Source of the DNA: Macrostomum lignano
Taxonomy: Eukaryota
Length of the DNA stretch: 64,000 nucleotides
Direction of reading: 5' to 3'
Assembly (NCBI GenBank): GCA_002269645.1
Contig: NIVC01002151.1
Location: forward strand, 124,001 to 188,000
Both the position numbers and the translations under genes were made by a program. Shown piece after piece: positions 13,401 through 26,980 of the stretch. Within the stretch, counting starts at the first letter, position 1, and each line of letters starts with the position of its first letter. Below the pieces are notes generated by a model. It searched no databases, was not told where the DNA came from, and saw only the letters and a program-made list of their open reading frames with translations.

Positions 13401-16400
13401 AGTGCCGAGAATGCTTCAGTTTGTTAGAATGCAATCAGAACAGATTCCTAGAAAGTGAGCTAGTCCAGCATCAAGGCAGAACATCTGGATGTGTAAAGAG
13501 AGGCTCTCGGAGATTCCTGGCTCAGATTATCGCCTAGAAGTGCTGTAGAATAGCTGGTCCACCTAACCTACAGACACAACTCGAACATATTTCTCTGTCT
13601 GTTTGAGGCTCTGGCTCTCAGAGCCGCCGAGAAAGCTTAGTGCCGAGAATGCTTCAGTTTGTTAGAATGCAATCAGAACAGATTCCTAGAAAGTGAGCTA
13701 GTCCAGCATCAAGGCAGAACATCTGGATGTGTAACGAAAGTCTCTCGGAGACTCCTGGCTCAGATTATCGCCTAGAAGTGCTGTGGAGTAGCTGGTCCAC
13801 CTAACCTACAGACACAACTGGAACAGATTTCTCTGTCTGTTTAGGGCTCTGGCTCTCAGAGCCGCCGAGAAAGTTTAGTGCCGAGAATGCTTCAGTTTGT
13901 TAGAATGCAATCAGAACAGATTCCTAGAAAGTGAGCTAGTCCAGCATCAAGGCAGAACATCTGGATGTGTAAAAAGAGGCTCTCGGAGATTCCTGGCTCA
14001 GATTATCGCCTAGAAGTGCTGTAGAATAGCTGGTCCACCTAACCTACAGACACAACTCGAACATATTTCTCTGTCTGTTTGAGGCTCTGGCTCTCAGAGC
14101 CGCCGAGAAAGCTTAGTGCCGAGAATGCTTCAGTTTGTTAGAATGCATTCAGAACAGATTCCTAGAAAGTGAGCTAGTCCAGCATCAAGGCAGAACATCT
14201 GGATGTGTAACGAAAGTCTCTCGGAGACTCCTGGCTCAGATTATCGCCTAGAAGTGCTTTGGAGTAGCTGGTCCACCTAACCTACAGACACAACTCGAAC
14301 ATATTTCTCTGTCTGTTTAGGGCTCTGGCTCTCAGAGCCGCCGAGAAAGCTTAGTGCCGAGAATGCTTCAGTTTGTTAGAATGCAATCAGAACAGATTCC
14401 TAGAAAGTGAGCTAGTCCAGCATCAAGGCAGAACATCTGGATGTGTAACGAAAGTCTCTCGGAGACTCCTGGCTCAGATTATCGCCTAGAAGTGCTTTGG
14501 AGTAGCTGGTCCACCTAACCTACAGACACAACTCGAACAGATTTCTGTCTGTTTGAGGCTCTGGATCTCAGAGCCGCCGAGAAAGTTTAGTGCCGAGAAT
14601 GCTTCAGTTTGTTAGAATGCAATCAGAACATATTCCTAGAAAGTGAGCTAGTCCAGCATCAAGGCAGAACATCTGGATGTGTAACGAAAGTCTCTCGGAG
14701 ACTCCTGGCTCAGATTATCGCCTAGAAGTGCTTTGGAGTAGCTGGTCCACCTAACCTACAGACACAACTCGAACAGATTTCTCTGTCTGTTTAGGGCTCT
14801 GGCTCTCAGAGCCGCCGAGAAAGCTTAGTGCCGAGAATGCTTCAGTTTGTTAGAATGCAATCAGAACAGATTCCTAGAAAGTGAGCTAGTCCAGCATCAA
14901 GGCAGAACATCTGGATGTGTAACGAGAGGCTCTCGGAGATTCCTGGCTCAGATTATCGCCTAGAAGTGCTGTAGAATAGCTGGTCCACCTAACCTACAGA
15001 CACAACTCGAACATATTTCTCTGTCTGTTTGAGGCTCTGGCTCTCAGAGCCGCCGAGAAAGCTTAGTGCCGAGAATGCTTCAGTTTGTTAGAATGCAATC
15101 AGAACAGATTCCTAGAAAGTGAGCTAGTCCAGCATCAAGGCAGAACATCTGGATGTGTAACGAAAGTCTCTCGGAGACTCCTGGCTCAGATTATCGCCTA
15201 GAAGTGCTGTGGAGTAGCTGGTCCACCTAACCTACAGACACAACTCGAACAGATTTCTGTCTGTTTGAGGCTCTGGATCTCAGAGCCGCCGAGAAAGTTT
15301 AGTGCCGAGAATGCTTCAGTTTGTTAGAATGCAATCAGAACATATTCCTAGAAAGTGAGCTAGTCCAGCATCAAGGCAGAACATCTGGATGTGTAACGAA
15401 AGTCTCTCGGAGACTCCTGGCTCAGATTATCGCCTAGAAGTGCTTTGGAGTAGCTGGTCCACCTAACCTACAGACACAACTCGAACAGATTTCTCTGTCT
15501 GTTTAGGGCTCTGGCTCTCAGAGCCGCCGAGAAAGTTTAGTGCCGAGAATGCTTCAGTTTGTTAGAATGCAATCAGAACAGATTCCTAGAAAGTGAGCTA
15601 GTCCAGCATCAAGGCAGAACATCTGGATGTGTAACGAAAGTCTCTCGGAGACTCCTGGCTCAGATTATCGCCTAGAAGTGCTGTGGAGTAGCTGGTCCAC
15701 CTAACCTACAGACACAACTCGAACAGATTTCTCTGTATGTTTGAGGCTCTGGCTCTTAGGTGGTCCACATAACCTACAGACACAACTGAAGTAGCTCTCT
15801 CAGTCTGTTTGAGGCTTTGGCTCTCAGAAGGTGGTCCACCTAACCTACAGACACAACTCGAACAGATTTCTCTGTCTGTTTAGGGCTCTGGCTCTTAGGT
15901 GGTCCACATAACCTATAGACACAACTGAAGCAGCTCTCTCAGTCTGTTTGAGGCTTTGGCTCTCAGAAGGTGGTCCACCTAACCCACAGACACAACTCGA
16001 ACAGATTTCTCTGTCTGTTTGAGGCTCTGGCTCTCAGGTGGTCCACATAACCTACAGACACAACTGGAACAGATTTCTGTGTCTGTTTGATTGTCAGTTA
16101 ATTTTATTTTCTACCTTTGTAGGAGCCTGTGGTTGATTTTGTTCGCCTGAGCTCGACGAGACTGACTGCGTTTCACCGAGATGAAGGTTAAAACGAACTG
16201 TAAAAGAAGATTCAAACCACTAATTGACGAGAAATATAGAAAGGTTCATCATAGAGCTGAGCTGACGAAAGCGGTTTCGATGGCTGAGTAAGCTGAAATT
16301 CGTGAGAGAGGCAATGACAGATCAATAACAGAAGCGGTCCCGGACCACGGAAGCAGGGAAGGTCCAGGAGACTATTTCGTAGAAAAAATAAGAAGATTAA

Positions 16401-17156
16401 GCCATCATCTGCGTGAACAAAAAGATGAAAGTCGGTAAAATGATTGGCTTATCATATGATTGCTCACCAACTCATTCAGTATAATAGGACTGGTGTAGTC
16501 AAATCAATTTAATTTCAGTTTTAGTAACTTTTGTCGTTATTAAAAATGCCCTTCAACTTCTTGTAGGCTCGTACTCGGATGACCTTTTTTAACTAATGGA
16601 ATCTTACGTTTGTTAACATGTATTTGAAGCATACACTTTGACCTAAATTAGTTTTAATGAGTTTACAGTTAGTATTTGATATGATTCGGTATTTATTTTC
16701 AAAATGCTTTATTTTCATTCACCTTCTTGTATTCACGCGACGCAACTAACTAATGCGATCGTACATTTGTTTAACCCGATTAACCCGATTAGTAATGCTA
16801 AATAAATTGGTTTGAACTTGGGATATTTTCATTAAATGACGTCGTAACCCTTTTATCTGTTCTTTTTGAGGATTTCTGTTTTAATTAGTTCAAAAGAACA
16901 GTTTAAAGCAATAAATTTTCTACAACGAAAGAGGTCTAACTAAACCAACTGTTTTTTTGCGGTCCACCTAACCCGGTCCCCAAAACGTAGTTAGTGAACC
17001 ACCACAGTTTCCCCGAACTGGCTATTCCGTCAAGTTAACAAAAAGATAACCCTAGCTAGCCTTTCGCGTTGTCAAAACAGACTCTATTTTTAACCGGAAT
17101 TGCGTGGTCCACGTAACGCATTAACATAACTCAGGTCCCGCTAAACACACAGACAG
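10401..17156. mobile_element. Putative non-autonomous DNA transposon (~6.7 kb) bounded by 22-bp imperfect inverted repeats and containing a 238-bp satellite
   Basis: CTGTCTGTGTGTTTACGTGGAC (10401-10422) versus GTCCCGCTAAACACACAGACAG (17135-17156) is 19/22 inverted. The GGTCCAC[CG]TAA motif is clustered near both ends. No transposase was recognised. Confidence 0.45.
12153..16090. repeat. Satellite array, ~238-bp monomer (~15 copies) flanked by ~60-bp sub-repeats
   Basis: The period of GGTCCACCTAACCTACAGACAC measures 238 bp (13083, 13321, 13559, 13797). Monomers are highly similar. Confidence 0.95.
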
Positions 17157-17165
17157 TCGTAAGAG

Positions 17166-17490
<325 letters not shown>

Positions 17491-18639
17491 GCCTGTTAAA
17501 AATTCAAAGCACTCACTAGTCAAGGATTAAGTTGATTAAAATCCCGCGATAAGCATGCAGTGCTTGAGAACCTTCAATTTAGCTAAAATTGGCTTCGCTT
17601 GGCAAAAGGAGTAATTCGCGTTCACCTGCAAAACCGGAGCCTCGGGCGGACCCAGCTGATGGTTCGGCTTTTATCTACGCGGTCGAGCAGCCTATTATGA
17701 AAGCGAATTGAATTTGCGTGCCGCCCCTCCGTTAACAATTGCGATCGGGTCGGGTCTCCCTAGAGAGCAAGATGTGGAATTTTGTATAGGGGATCTCGGA
17801 GGAGAGACAAAGACAAAGGGAGAAAGGCAAAAAGATGGAGATTGCCCAAAAGCAGACTTTTTAAAGGTTTTAAGGCTATTGTGTGCTATTTTTCTGAGCC
17901 AAAAAATATGCGCATTGCAGCATACCAAAAATCTTCTTCACGCTGTCATTTATAGAGAAGATACGTTTCATGGACTCAATTATTCCGCTTCAGCAACCGA
18001 ATAGAGGTAGTCAGCGCTATTATATCATTTCCTGTTCAAGCAATGCAAGACAATACACACTGTATATGCGTAGAATAGGATTTGCTGAGAGGAAAAATTT
18101 TGCGAAACATGCATGATAAGCTGCGCATGTCACACACTTTCTGTGACAGCTGATTCTGGTTCGCATAAGATTACAGCGTTAAGTTAGAAAATATCGACAG
18201 CAAAACTATTTAACGAGTAGCGTTTAAAGTACAGAGGTACGCTTACAATATCATATGACTATTTTGGGTAGCATAACATATACACAGCAGTACACATGTA
18301 CACATCGAGATCGCCCGCGAGGTCCACAAAAATTCAATAGAATTTTACATCAACTAATGCTGCAAGGTATTTACATGGTTGTATAGGAATGAATTATATA
18401 AACTGCATGCTTACAGCCCGAATTCCAATGCTTTTTGACACATTTGATGCGCTATATAAGCTTGTATACATGCACGTACATGTAACACAGCATGACGGCA
18501 AAGATTATATTCAATATTAAACGTCGTCAATTGTGTCACCCAATGGGACATTCAATTATTTTATTGAAGCCTGACTTGCGAGAGATTAAATTTGTTCTCA
18601 AAAATTTTTTACCATGAAATAGTCGAGTTATAAATTTTA

Positions 18640-20286
18640 CGAGGGGTGTCCCAAAAGTCGGTGCACTTTCTTCACACAGCCTTTTCTGACCGATCAGAAA
18701 TATACTTTTTTGCGATTGAATTCGTCCAAACTGCAAAACCTTTCGTCCACAAATGCTTTCTTAATGGGAGCTAAATTTAGATCATACCATAGACAAGTGT
18801 GTTCACGCAAAACGGTTCATCCAGTTTGTAAAGCATTTCGTCCCCTAGACTAGAGACCGAGTGTACTGTTCCTACCATAGTTAACACCCAATTGACAGTT
18901 CGCTTTTGCTACCACTACAGCTACAGCAACGCATATCTTCCATTCTGAACCCGGCAAAACAGTCGAAGATAAACCGAGGCCTGGCGGATGCACACTTTGA
19001 AGAGAGAGGTCGAAGCTGCACTGCACGTGATTACACAGGAGAAGTGCCAGCAATGGACCAATCACACTGTGGGTTACTACGGCCGCTGTTTGGACTACGA
19101 AGACATTTTGAACTAACATTCTAACAAGAGACACTGTTTTTACTTTGTTCAATATCTCGTGATATTAAATAAAGTCGCTCCGTTTAGCTGTTAGCTGTTT
19201 GGACGAATGGTTTAGACGAAATTTTTTACAAACTGGATGAACCGTTTTGCGTGAACACAGTTGTCTATGGTATAATCTAAATTTAGCTCCCATTAAGAAA
19301 GCGTTAGTGGACGAAAGGTTTTGCAGTTTGGACGAATTAAATCGCAAAAAAAGTATAGTAAGTCTGTTGCAGTTGAAAAGAGAATTATCTGCCCGTTAAA
19401 ATGACTTTCTGTTTATTTCTGTATGTGCTGGCATTCTTGAGATATGAGCACTTTTCTGCCCCATCCCCTGTGCTACTTTTACAAATTGCCATAGACCAAA
19501 GCTTACCTGATGCATGAAACAATGAAACATTCAACGAATCAACAAAACATCAGCAACATGAAAGCTGAGGAAAGAACAGTCAAAAGTTAATCAACATTGT
19601 CCTGAGGCTTCTCCACATTGTCACCACTGGGTGCGCTGCACACTTCTGCCATCGGCTGTGCATGTCGTCAATGTCGTCAATCAACAAAATCTGAGCGCGG
19701 CATCTCATGAAGGAGAATTTGGCGAGTCAATGCTTCCAGGCTCCCACGACAAGCAAAGATTTGTCCATGCAGCAGTTTCTTCCTCTTTGGAAAGAAGGCA
19801 AAGTCAGCTGTTGACAAATCCGGAGAGTAGAGTGGCAGTGAGAGCAGCACAAAATTTGCCTGCTCGATCGTCTCCTCCGTTTTCTTGGCCGTGTGGGACG
19901 TGCGTTGTCGACATGCACAGCCGATGGCAGAAGTGTGCAGCGCACCCAGTGGTGACTATGTGTGGAGAAGCCTCAGGACAATGTTGATTAACTGTTAACT
20001 GTTCTTTCCTCAGCTTTTTCATGTTGCGGATGTTTTGTTGATTCGTCGAATGTTTCATTGTTTCGTGCATCAGGTAAGCTTTGGTCTATGGCAATTTGTA
20101 AAAGTAGCACACGGGGTGGGGCAGAAAAGTGCTCATATCTCAAGAATGCCAACAGATACAGAAATAAACAGAAAGTCATTTTAACGGGCAGATAATTCTC
20201 TTTTTAACTGCAACAGACTTAATATTTCTGATCGGTCAGAAAAGGCTGTAGTGAAGAAAGTGCACCGACTTTTGGGACACCCCTCG
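18640..20286. mobile_element. Tc1/mariner-type MITE with ~375-bp TIRs and TA TSD; left TIR interrupted by a second element
   Basis: TA|CGAGGGGTGTCCCAAAAGTCGG...CCGACTTTTGGGACACCCCTCG|TA. 18640-18700 plus 19358-19670 together mirror 19905-20286. Confidence 0.85.
18703..19355. mobile_element. Nested Tc1/mariner-type non-autonomous element, ~140-bp TIRs, TA TSD
   Basis: TA|TACTTTTTTGCGATT...AATCGCAAAAAAAGTA|TA. The interior encodes a decayed GKTVEDKPRPG motif resembling the Tc1 N-terminal GRPR-type linker. Confidence 0.8.
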
Positions 20287-21288
20287 TATATTGAAAAAGA
20301 GCTTTTTATTGATCGAGAGTTTGATTTCTTGTGAACAGTGCAGTGAACTTCAGCCATCTTTTAATATTAGTCGGGGCAGTTGCGTGTTAATTGGTATGCA
20401 GTTTTTAGTAGTAATTTTAATAGCTTTGGTACTACAACTGTATTTACGAAGTTTTTTAGCGATACACACATGTATGACTGCTGTTCAACATGCAGTTATT
20501 TAGTACAGGTGCACAATTTACCGGATTCTGTAAAATGGTAAAACAAAAGTATATACCTATGCCTAATAAATTATTTTTAAGAATCCTATAGAGCATATTT
20601 TTTAGCTCACGTTCTTGTAGAAAAAAAGTGAATTAACCTGTAATTGTCTGGCTCTTTGTATTGACCATGAACCTAGGAAACCAACTTTGTGATTACTTGA
20701 ACTGAACTATTTTCATAGAAAATGGACTGTGACCTGGTAGATAGATAGATAGATAGATAGTAAGATAGATAAGATAGGTAGGTAGGTACAGGTAGGTAGG
20801 TAGATAGATAGATGGATAGCATCATGCCCATTCTACAAAAATCTCGAATCTTGTAATAACTAGTTTAATAATACTTTTAACGAGACATTGCGTGAGAAGG
20901 CCCTAGCTACTAGTAAAGGAGAATGGGACTCAGAAGTAAGCAATACATAATGCCGAGACATGGCCATGGCTGGCTGCTTAGCTTAGCTAGTAGTAGTAGT
21001 AGTCCTGGTCCTGACTGACTGTTTTAAGTACAAACTACAACTACAAAGGAAGACAAGTAGACAAGCCCTGTATTGCATATTACCATTATTGGATTTGCAA
21101 TCCAGCGGTGCGGTACTTACTACTTAATAGGCCTATGTATTATGCTGCATTTTAACATTAGTTGTTTTAGTCCATATTTCACTATTTTAGCCAGAGACTA
21201 AAGAGGTAACTTGTGCAGAATCCAGATGGCTATCCATTGCAACTAAAAAATTGGTTCAATGTATTGCACTAAGGCTCAAATTTCTACA

Positions 21289-21570
21289 GCAATGGCTAGA
21301 GTTCCAGCACCAGAACCCATTTTCTAAAAGCTATAGATCTGGTATTCCAGTAGTGCAATTTATGGGTATAATATAGCAGAAATATTTTACATCTTTAATG
21401 GCTGGTTGATAGTGAGATTTTGTTAAGACAAGATCAAAACAAAATGATGAGATTCAAAACAAGATACTTCTAATGTTCAAAGACTTCATTAGTAGATAAT
21501 TGCCTGCTGAATACTACTGGATCCATAGCCATTAGAAAATGGGTTCCAGTGCCAGAACTCTAGCCATTGC
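21289..21570. mobile_element. Small foldback/MITE-like element
   Basis: GCAATGGCTAGAGTTCCAGCACCAGAACCCATTTTCTAA (21289 onward) is inverted at ~21530-21570. Confidence 0.55.
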
Positions 21571-22835
21571 CAATTTCTGCAGCAAAGAAAGAAAGGGCTA
21601 GTTTTCGAGTTTTTGTATTTAGCCAAGGCCCTAGCTTTTTTAAAGAGCTTATATGATTTGATATGATTTCTTTTATCTTATATGATTTGATTATTTGGCT
21701 ATAATATAGAAATTAAAATCATCTCAATTGAAGTTAATTGATAATAAATAATAATTAATACTAAGTTCTAAAATCAGCAAAACAACTTGAACATTAACAT
21801 TTTAAACTGTGTATTATTTAAAGCCATGGATGGCGAGAACTTGCAGCACTGGGGCATGTGGGTAATAGTCTACTTTGGTAACAACCATTTTGGTAACAGC
21901 ACTTTGGTAACAAAAAATGACTATGTACATTGATAACAGCCATTTTGGTAACAGCCACACTTTGATAACACGTGAGAATAATATAGTATGTATTAATTTA
22001 TATGCTTCAAAAGAATGTGCAAACAAACTTTAAACCATGCATACCATGCATACCATGTGTTTAACTTATTTAAAAGTATTTTAATAGGGTTCAGCCCATT
22101 TTGGCAAAGGAATTTTTGGCAAACGATGTTTTGGCAAAGATGAATTTTTTGTCTACATAGATGCACGTTTTAGCGAAAAAAATTAACCACTTTGGCAAAA
22201 AGATACTTATACATGTACAAGTATCTTTCAAATTATTCATTGACTGCATTGGACAGATATTTGTAGTTCAGTTTGCACATTTTAAAACTCACAACTTAGC
22301 TATATATAGCTAGATATATGTATATCATGCAAAGTGCAATTGATGGATTGTGTAAATAAATGTACACGTTTAAGATATACATTCTGCAAACAATTTAATT
22401 CAATTAGGATATGTGGTTAAATGATACTGTCTAGAGCATCAATGAAAGATCTGTTTACGACTGCACCATTCAAACCAACTATTGTACTTTGAGGCAGCGT
22501 AGGCAAATGAATAAGATGCAAGAAGCAATTGCAGGGTAGAAAAAGTCACAAAGGCTTGAAAGGTCAGTGCACACTTATATTGTAGTTAAACTACTAAGTA
22601 TTGTAGATAGGGCATATGATGTAATAAATAGTGATATAGGCACAAATTTTGGTTTGGTATATTATATGCCAGAGCACCCTTGATAGTTTTGGTATGTATT
22701 GTAACATCATTCGAGTCAAGAGTCTAGTCTTTAACTATTTATATATTGTATATCTATAATTTATAAATTAAAATGATTGAAGTTTATTTATTCAATAAGA
22801 AATAGAAAGTATTATTAGTTTCAGGTGTGTTGCCA

Positions 22836-23118
22836 CTAGGGGGGGGGGGAGACAGAGGGTACAAGTCCCTCCCAGTAAAAGCTATGGGGGGGCATGCCAG
22901 TGCTTTGCCCTCCCCCCACCCCACCTTTGTGAACTGTTGTGGTAATCAATAATTTTTCTTCAGGGCGCCAAATTATAGCGCTTTTGGTGCCAAAATGAGC
23001 GCTGACAACACAATTCTTAAAATAATGGAAATGTAGGAATTTACTCATGTACATGTACATGTTATTCTTGGCTCTGTCCCCCATACCATACCATAAAATC
23101 CATGGCGACGCCCCTGAT
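22836..23118. mobile_element. MITE-like dispersed repeat (G/C-run rich, hAT-like end ...CGCCCCTG); related copy at 43601-43760
   Basis: Shares ...ATGC...TGCTTTG.CCCCCCC.ACCCCACCTT...AATCAATAATTTT.CTTCAGG... with 43650-43730. Confidence 0.5.
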
Positions 23119-23218
23119 TAGTTTTAAAATGTTATTTGCTATATGACACACTTGATTTATTGCACTAAATTAATAACTAATATTTGTTAAACTTGCAGCT
23201 AGACAAGCCGCACAAGGC

Positions 23219-25544
23219 ATGGTAGTAATCCACATTAAGAAAGGCGATCAGAGCCAGTTCCTATTTGAAACCACAGTGGCCCAGCCTGTGGACGAGTTCA
23301 TTGCTCAAGCTGTCCAGGTGTACAATGGTCGACTAAAAATTGGTCGAATTTGCGACGAAATTAGCGAGTTGGAGAAGCACGGCTTGACTTTGCCGCCGAA
23401 CATGCAGGGCCTCACAGATGAGCAGGTGACCGAATTGAAACTGCGCGACGAATGGGGCGAAAAGTGCACACCCAGCGGGGGGTTCGTTGAGAGCCGCGAT
23501 CCCATTGGGCGACGGAACGGCCGGGCTCCAACTGAGAATATTGTTCAGGTGAGAACCTGGGGTGGAGCTGCTTGCTCAGGCTACAGGCCGCAAATCTTAT
23601 ATATCAATTGTAAAGTTTCCACAGCTTGTGAACCTTCTGGGGACATTGTTAATTGACTGCCAGTGACATTTGACTGCCAGTGACATTTGACTGCCAGTGA
23701 CATTTGACTGCCAGTGACATTTGACTCCCAGTGACACTTGACTGCCAGTGACACTTGACTTTCAGTGACATTTGACTGCCAGTGACAATTGACTACTAGT
23801 GGCATTTGATGACTGCCAGTGACATTTGACTGCCAGTGACACTTGACTTTCAGTGACATTTGACTGCCAGTGACATTTGACTGCCAGTGACATTTTGACT
23901 GCCTGTGACATTTGACTGCCAGTGACATTTTGACTGCCTGTGACAATTGACTTTCAGTAACATTTGACTGCCAGTGACATTTTGACTGCCTGTGACAATT
24001 GACTTTCAGTAACATTTGACTGTCAGTGACAATTGACTACTAGTGGCATTTGATGACTGCCAGTGACATTTGACTGCCAGTGAAATTTGACTCCCAGTGA
24101 CACTTGACTGCCAGTGACACTTGACTTTCAGTGACATTTGACTGTCAGTGACATTTTACTGTGAAAGTTTCAATTTTTATGTTTGAAAAAGAGATCAACT
24201 TGATTGTAAAACCATTACGAAAACAAACCCGCAGGTGCTGTCCAAAACTCGCAAAGAGGCGCGGCAGATGATCAGCAAAGATCTGGTTGCTGCTGGCCAG
24301 GCTGTCAACATGGCCAGCATCCAGGAGGCCTTGCAAATCCTCAGCGGCGCCATGACCATCGCCTACCCAATGGGACTGCCGCCGCACGAGCCAATCAGAA
24401 TGGAGCTGCAGAACGAGGAGGATCTCTCTGGGACGCAGGTATGTACTCGTAGCTGCGTTTTGGAGAGACAGGGCAAGTCTCATTGAGATATGGATTCGTC
24501 TCATTGAGATATGGACTAGTCTTATTGAGATATCGACTAGTCTCATTGAGATATGGGCAAGTCTCATTGAGATATGGACTAGTCTCATTGAGATATGGAC
24601 AAGTGTCATTGAGAAATTGGCAAGTCTCATTGAGACATGGACTAGTCTCATTGAGATATGAACTAGTCTTATTGAGATATGGACTAGTCTAATTGAGATA
24701 TGGACTTGTCTCATTGAGATATTGACTAGTCTCATTGAGATATGGACAAGTGTCATTGAGATATGGACAAGTCTCATTGAGACATGGACTATTCTCATTG
24801 TGATATGAACTAGTCTTATTGAGATATGGACTAGTCTCATTGAGATATGAACTAGTCTCATTGAGATATGAACTAGTCTCATTGAGATATGAACTAGTCT
24901 AATTGAGATATGGACTAGTCTAATTGAGATAGGGACTAGTCTCATTGAGATATGGATTAGTCTCATTGAGATATGGGTAAATCTCATAGAGATTGGTTTA
25001 ATGGGGCTCATATCTCGAAGAGAAATAGCGCAAGTCTCATAGAGAGACTAAATCTCATAGAGATTTATGTATTACACCTCATATCAGTTGAGGCAAGTCT
25101 CATAGAAATTTGGGAAAAGTTTCAAGCATCAAAAATATTTTATCAAATCTCATAGAATACAGGACATGTTTTTACCCGTCATTCCATCATGCCGCGCCAT
25201 CGCAGGCGAGTCTGGAGGTGATCCCACCCGGCGACGCCTCCGCGTGGTTCTCCGGCAAGGAGATGCAGGCTGGCAAACTGCTTAGCGACTATCTTGGCCG
25301 CAACGAGAAGTGCAAAGCCATCGTCAAGTTGGCTAAGCGTGGCCAGGGTCCGCCGGCCCGCGAGCCGGTCGTCTCCGAGCAGGAGCAGAAAGAGATGATG
25401 GCATTCTATTATCGCAAACAGCAGGAAGCTAAAAAGCTGGAGGAGAGTCGAGACGATTCCTACATGGACAGCGAGTGGGCGGACAGCCAGCAGCTTAGGC
25501 GGGCTTTTCACGGGCTGTCCGACATCAAATGGGGACCAAAGTGA
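23219..25544 (+). CDS. CFAP298: Cilia- and flagella-associated protein 298 (C21orf59/Kurly homolog), 290 aa; exons 23219-23548, 24235-24438, 25206-25544
   Basis: MVVIHIKKGDQSQFLF...YNGRLK...LPPNMQGLTDEQ...DEWGEKC.PSGG...D.IGRRNG.AP...YPMGLPPHEPIRME...EDLSGTQ...GQGPPAREP...FHGLSDIKWGPK closely matches human CFAP298. Introns are GT-AG and phase 0. Confidence 0.97.
23654..24160. repeat. 17-bp minisatellite (TGACTGCCAGTGACATT)n in CFAP298 intron 1
   Basis: Period of 17 measured. Confidence 0.93.
24475..25140. repeat. 21-bp minisatellite (CTAGTCTCATTGAGATATGGA)n in CFAP298 intron 2; unit contains the quasi-palindrome TCTCA-T-TGAGA
   Basis: Direct reading; the array degenerates towards the acceptor. 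Confidence 0.93.
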
Positions 25545-26822
25545 TTCAAGTTCTTTGCTAATTAAATATCTTTGATGTCTTGACTAATGAACACAGCAGT
25601 ATGACACATTCCGTCCAAAACACCATTAATTCATTGGTTATTTATTTGTACCAACAACGTAACTGTAAAACGCAACGTAACTTAAATAAATGATCACTGC
25701 ACTCGATCTCTGCCGTGCTTCAAAAGGTCTTGTACTCGTCGTTTAAGTCTCACATGAAAAGAAAGTTTGACGTCATTTATATTTTTTGTTTACTGCATTT
25801 TTTAGTTTGATATAAACCGTCAATCTCTTTTTCGCACCGCGCTTGCATTCCTAAGAATCCCACGATCTATACTTAACATACTTAAGGTTAAATATTCGAT
25901 CTACTTCTAATCAGGTTAACTTAGGAAACGCTTCCCCTAATTTACTTGCCTACTGGCTCGTAGGGCTTAGATCGTCTACACGTATGAGCCAAGGACCATT
26001 GTATAATATATACAACATGTTAATGCCCCGTCATATATAGTGGTCCTTGGTATGCGCACCAGTATTTCATGAAAATTACGCCGAAAGCAATATTTTCTCT
26101 CTTTGTAATAAGTCAAGAAAAAGAAGTAACCATGCTAAGATATTTAAAATAGCGCTGTTTAAACTTACATACATTTCCAAGAAAAGCACGCCTTTTGGCG
26201 CGCATTTCAAATTGATAGAGGCTTGCGCACTACCAATGTTTTAATCTTTACAACATTATAAACCAATCCATCTACAACAAAGAAGAACTCTTTATTGGAT
26301 TTGTTGACTATGAAAAAGCCTTCGATAGCTTAAATCAACCGACCCTTTGGTGCAAAACGGATAATCAGGGTATTAAAGGTCAAATGATGGAACTTATCAA
26401 GAACATGCATAAAAATGCCTGCTTCATTCTAAAAAAGATGATGATGATGATGAAACCCAGCCAATCCCAATATCTAAAGGTGTTCTTCAAGGCAACCCTC
26501 TCTCTACCATCCTTTTTGAACTATATATTGACGACATTGTTGAATATCTTGAACTCTCTAGCGCTAGGCGCTCTCTTACGAGATCTGCTTTCCCACTCAT
26601 CCTACTCTTTGCAGACGATCAAGCCATTCTAGCTAAAAACAAAGACGAACTTCAAGACACATTTACGACTATGGAAAATTACTGCAAACAAAATTACTTG
26701 AAAGTAAACGCAAGCAAAACAAAGTTCATGCAGGGCAATACCAGACAAAAAAACGACACAGATAGCATTGCTACAAAAATATACTACGACAACCAAGAAA
26801 TAGAAGAAGTAAATGAATTTAA

Positions 26823-26923
26823 GGAAGGTCCATAAGGAAGACAAACCATTGAGACCCATTGTGTCTATGCTGAACACGGCTGAATATGAGCTGGCTAAAT
26901 TTCTAGACTCATTTATCAAGCCA
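26823..26923 (+). mobile_element. ~100-bp Penelope-like RT fragment inserted in the LINE, with a 13-bp direct repeat
   Basis: Translates KVHKEDKPLRPIVSMLNTAEYELAKFLDSFIKP, matching the PLE motif PK[IV]HK...PLRPI[VI]S...Y.LAK.L. Flanked by TAAATGAATTTAA at 26810-26822 and 26924-26936. Confidence 0.75.
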
Positions 26924-26980
26924 TAAATGAATTTAAATACCTGGGAATTATTTTTGAACCAAAAAACAGCTTTAAAAAAT

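Noticed and set aside
16255-16305. Hammerhead-like CTGACGA...GAAA motif
   Set aside because: Stems I-III could not be formed convincingly.
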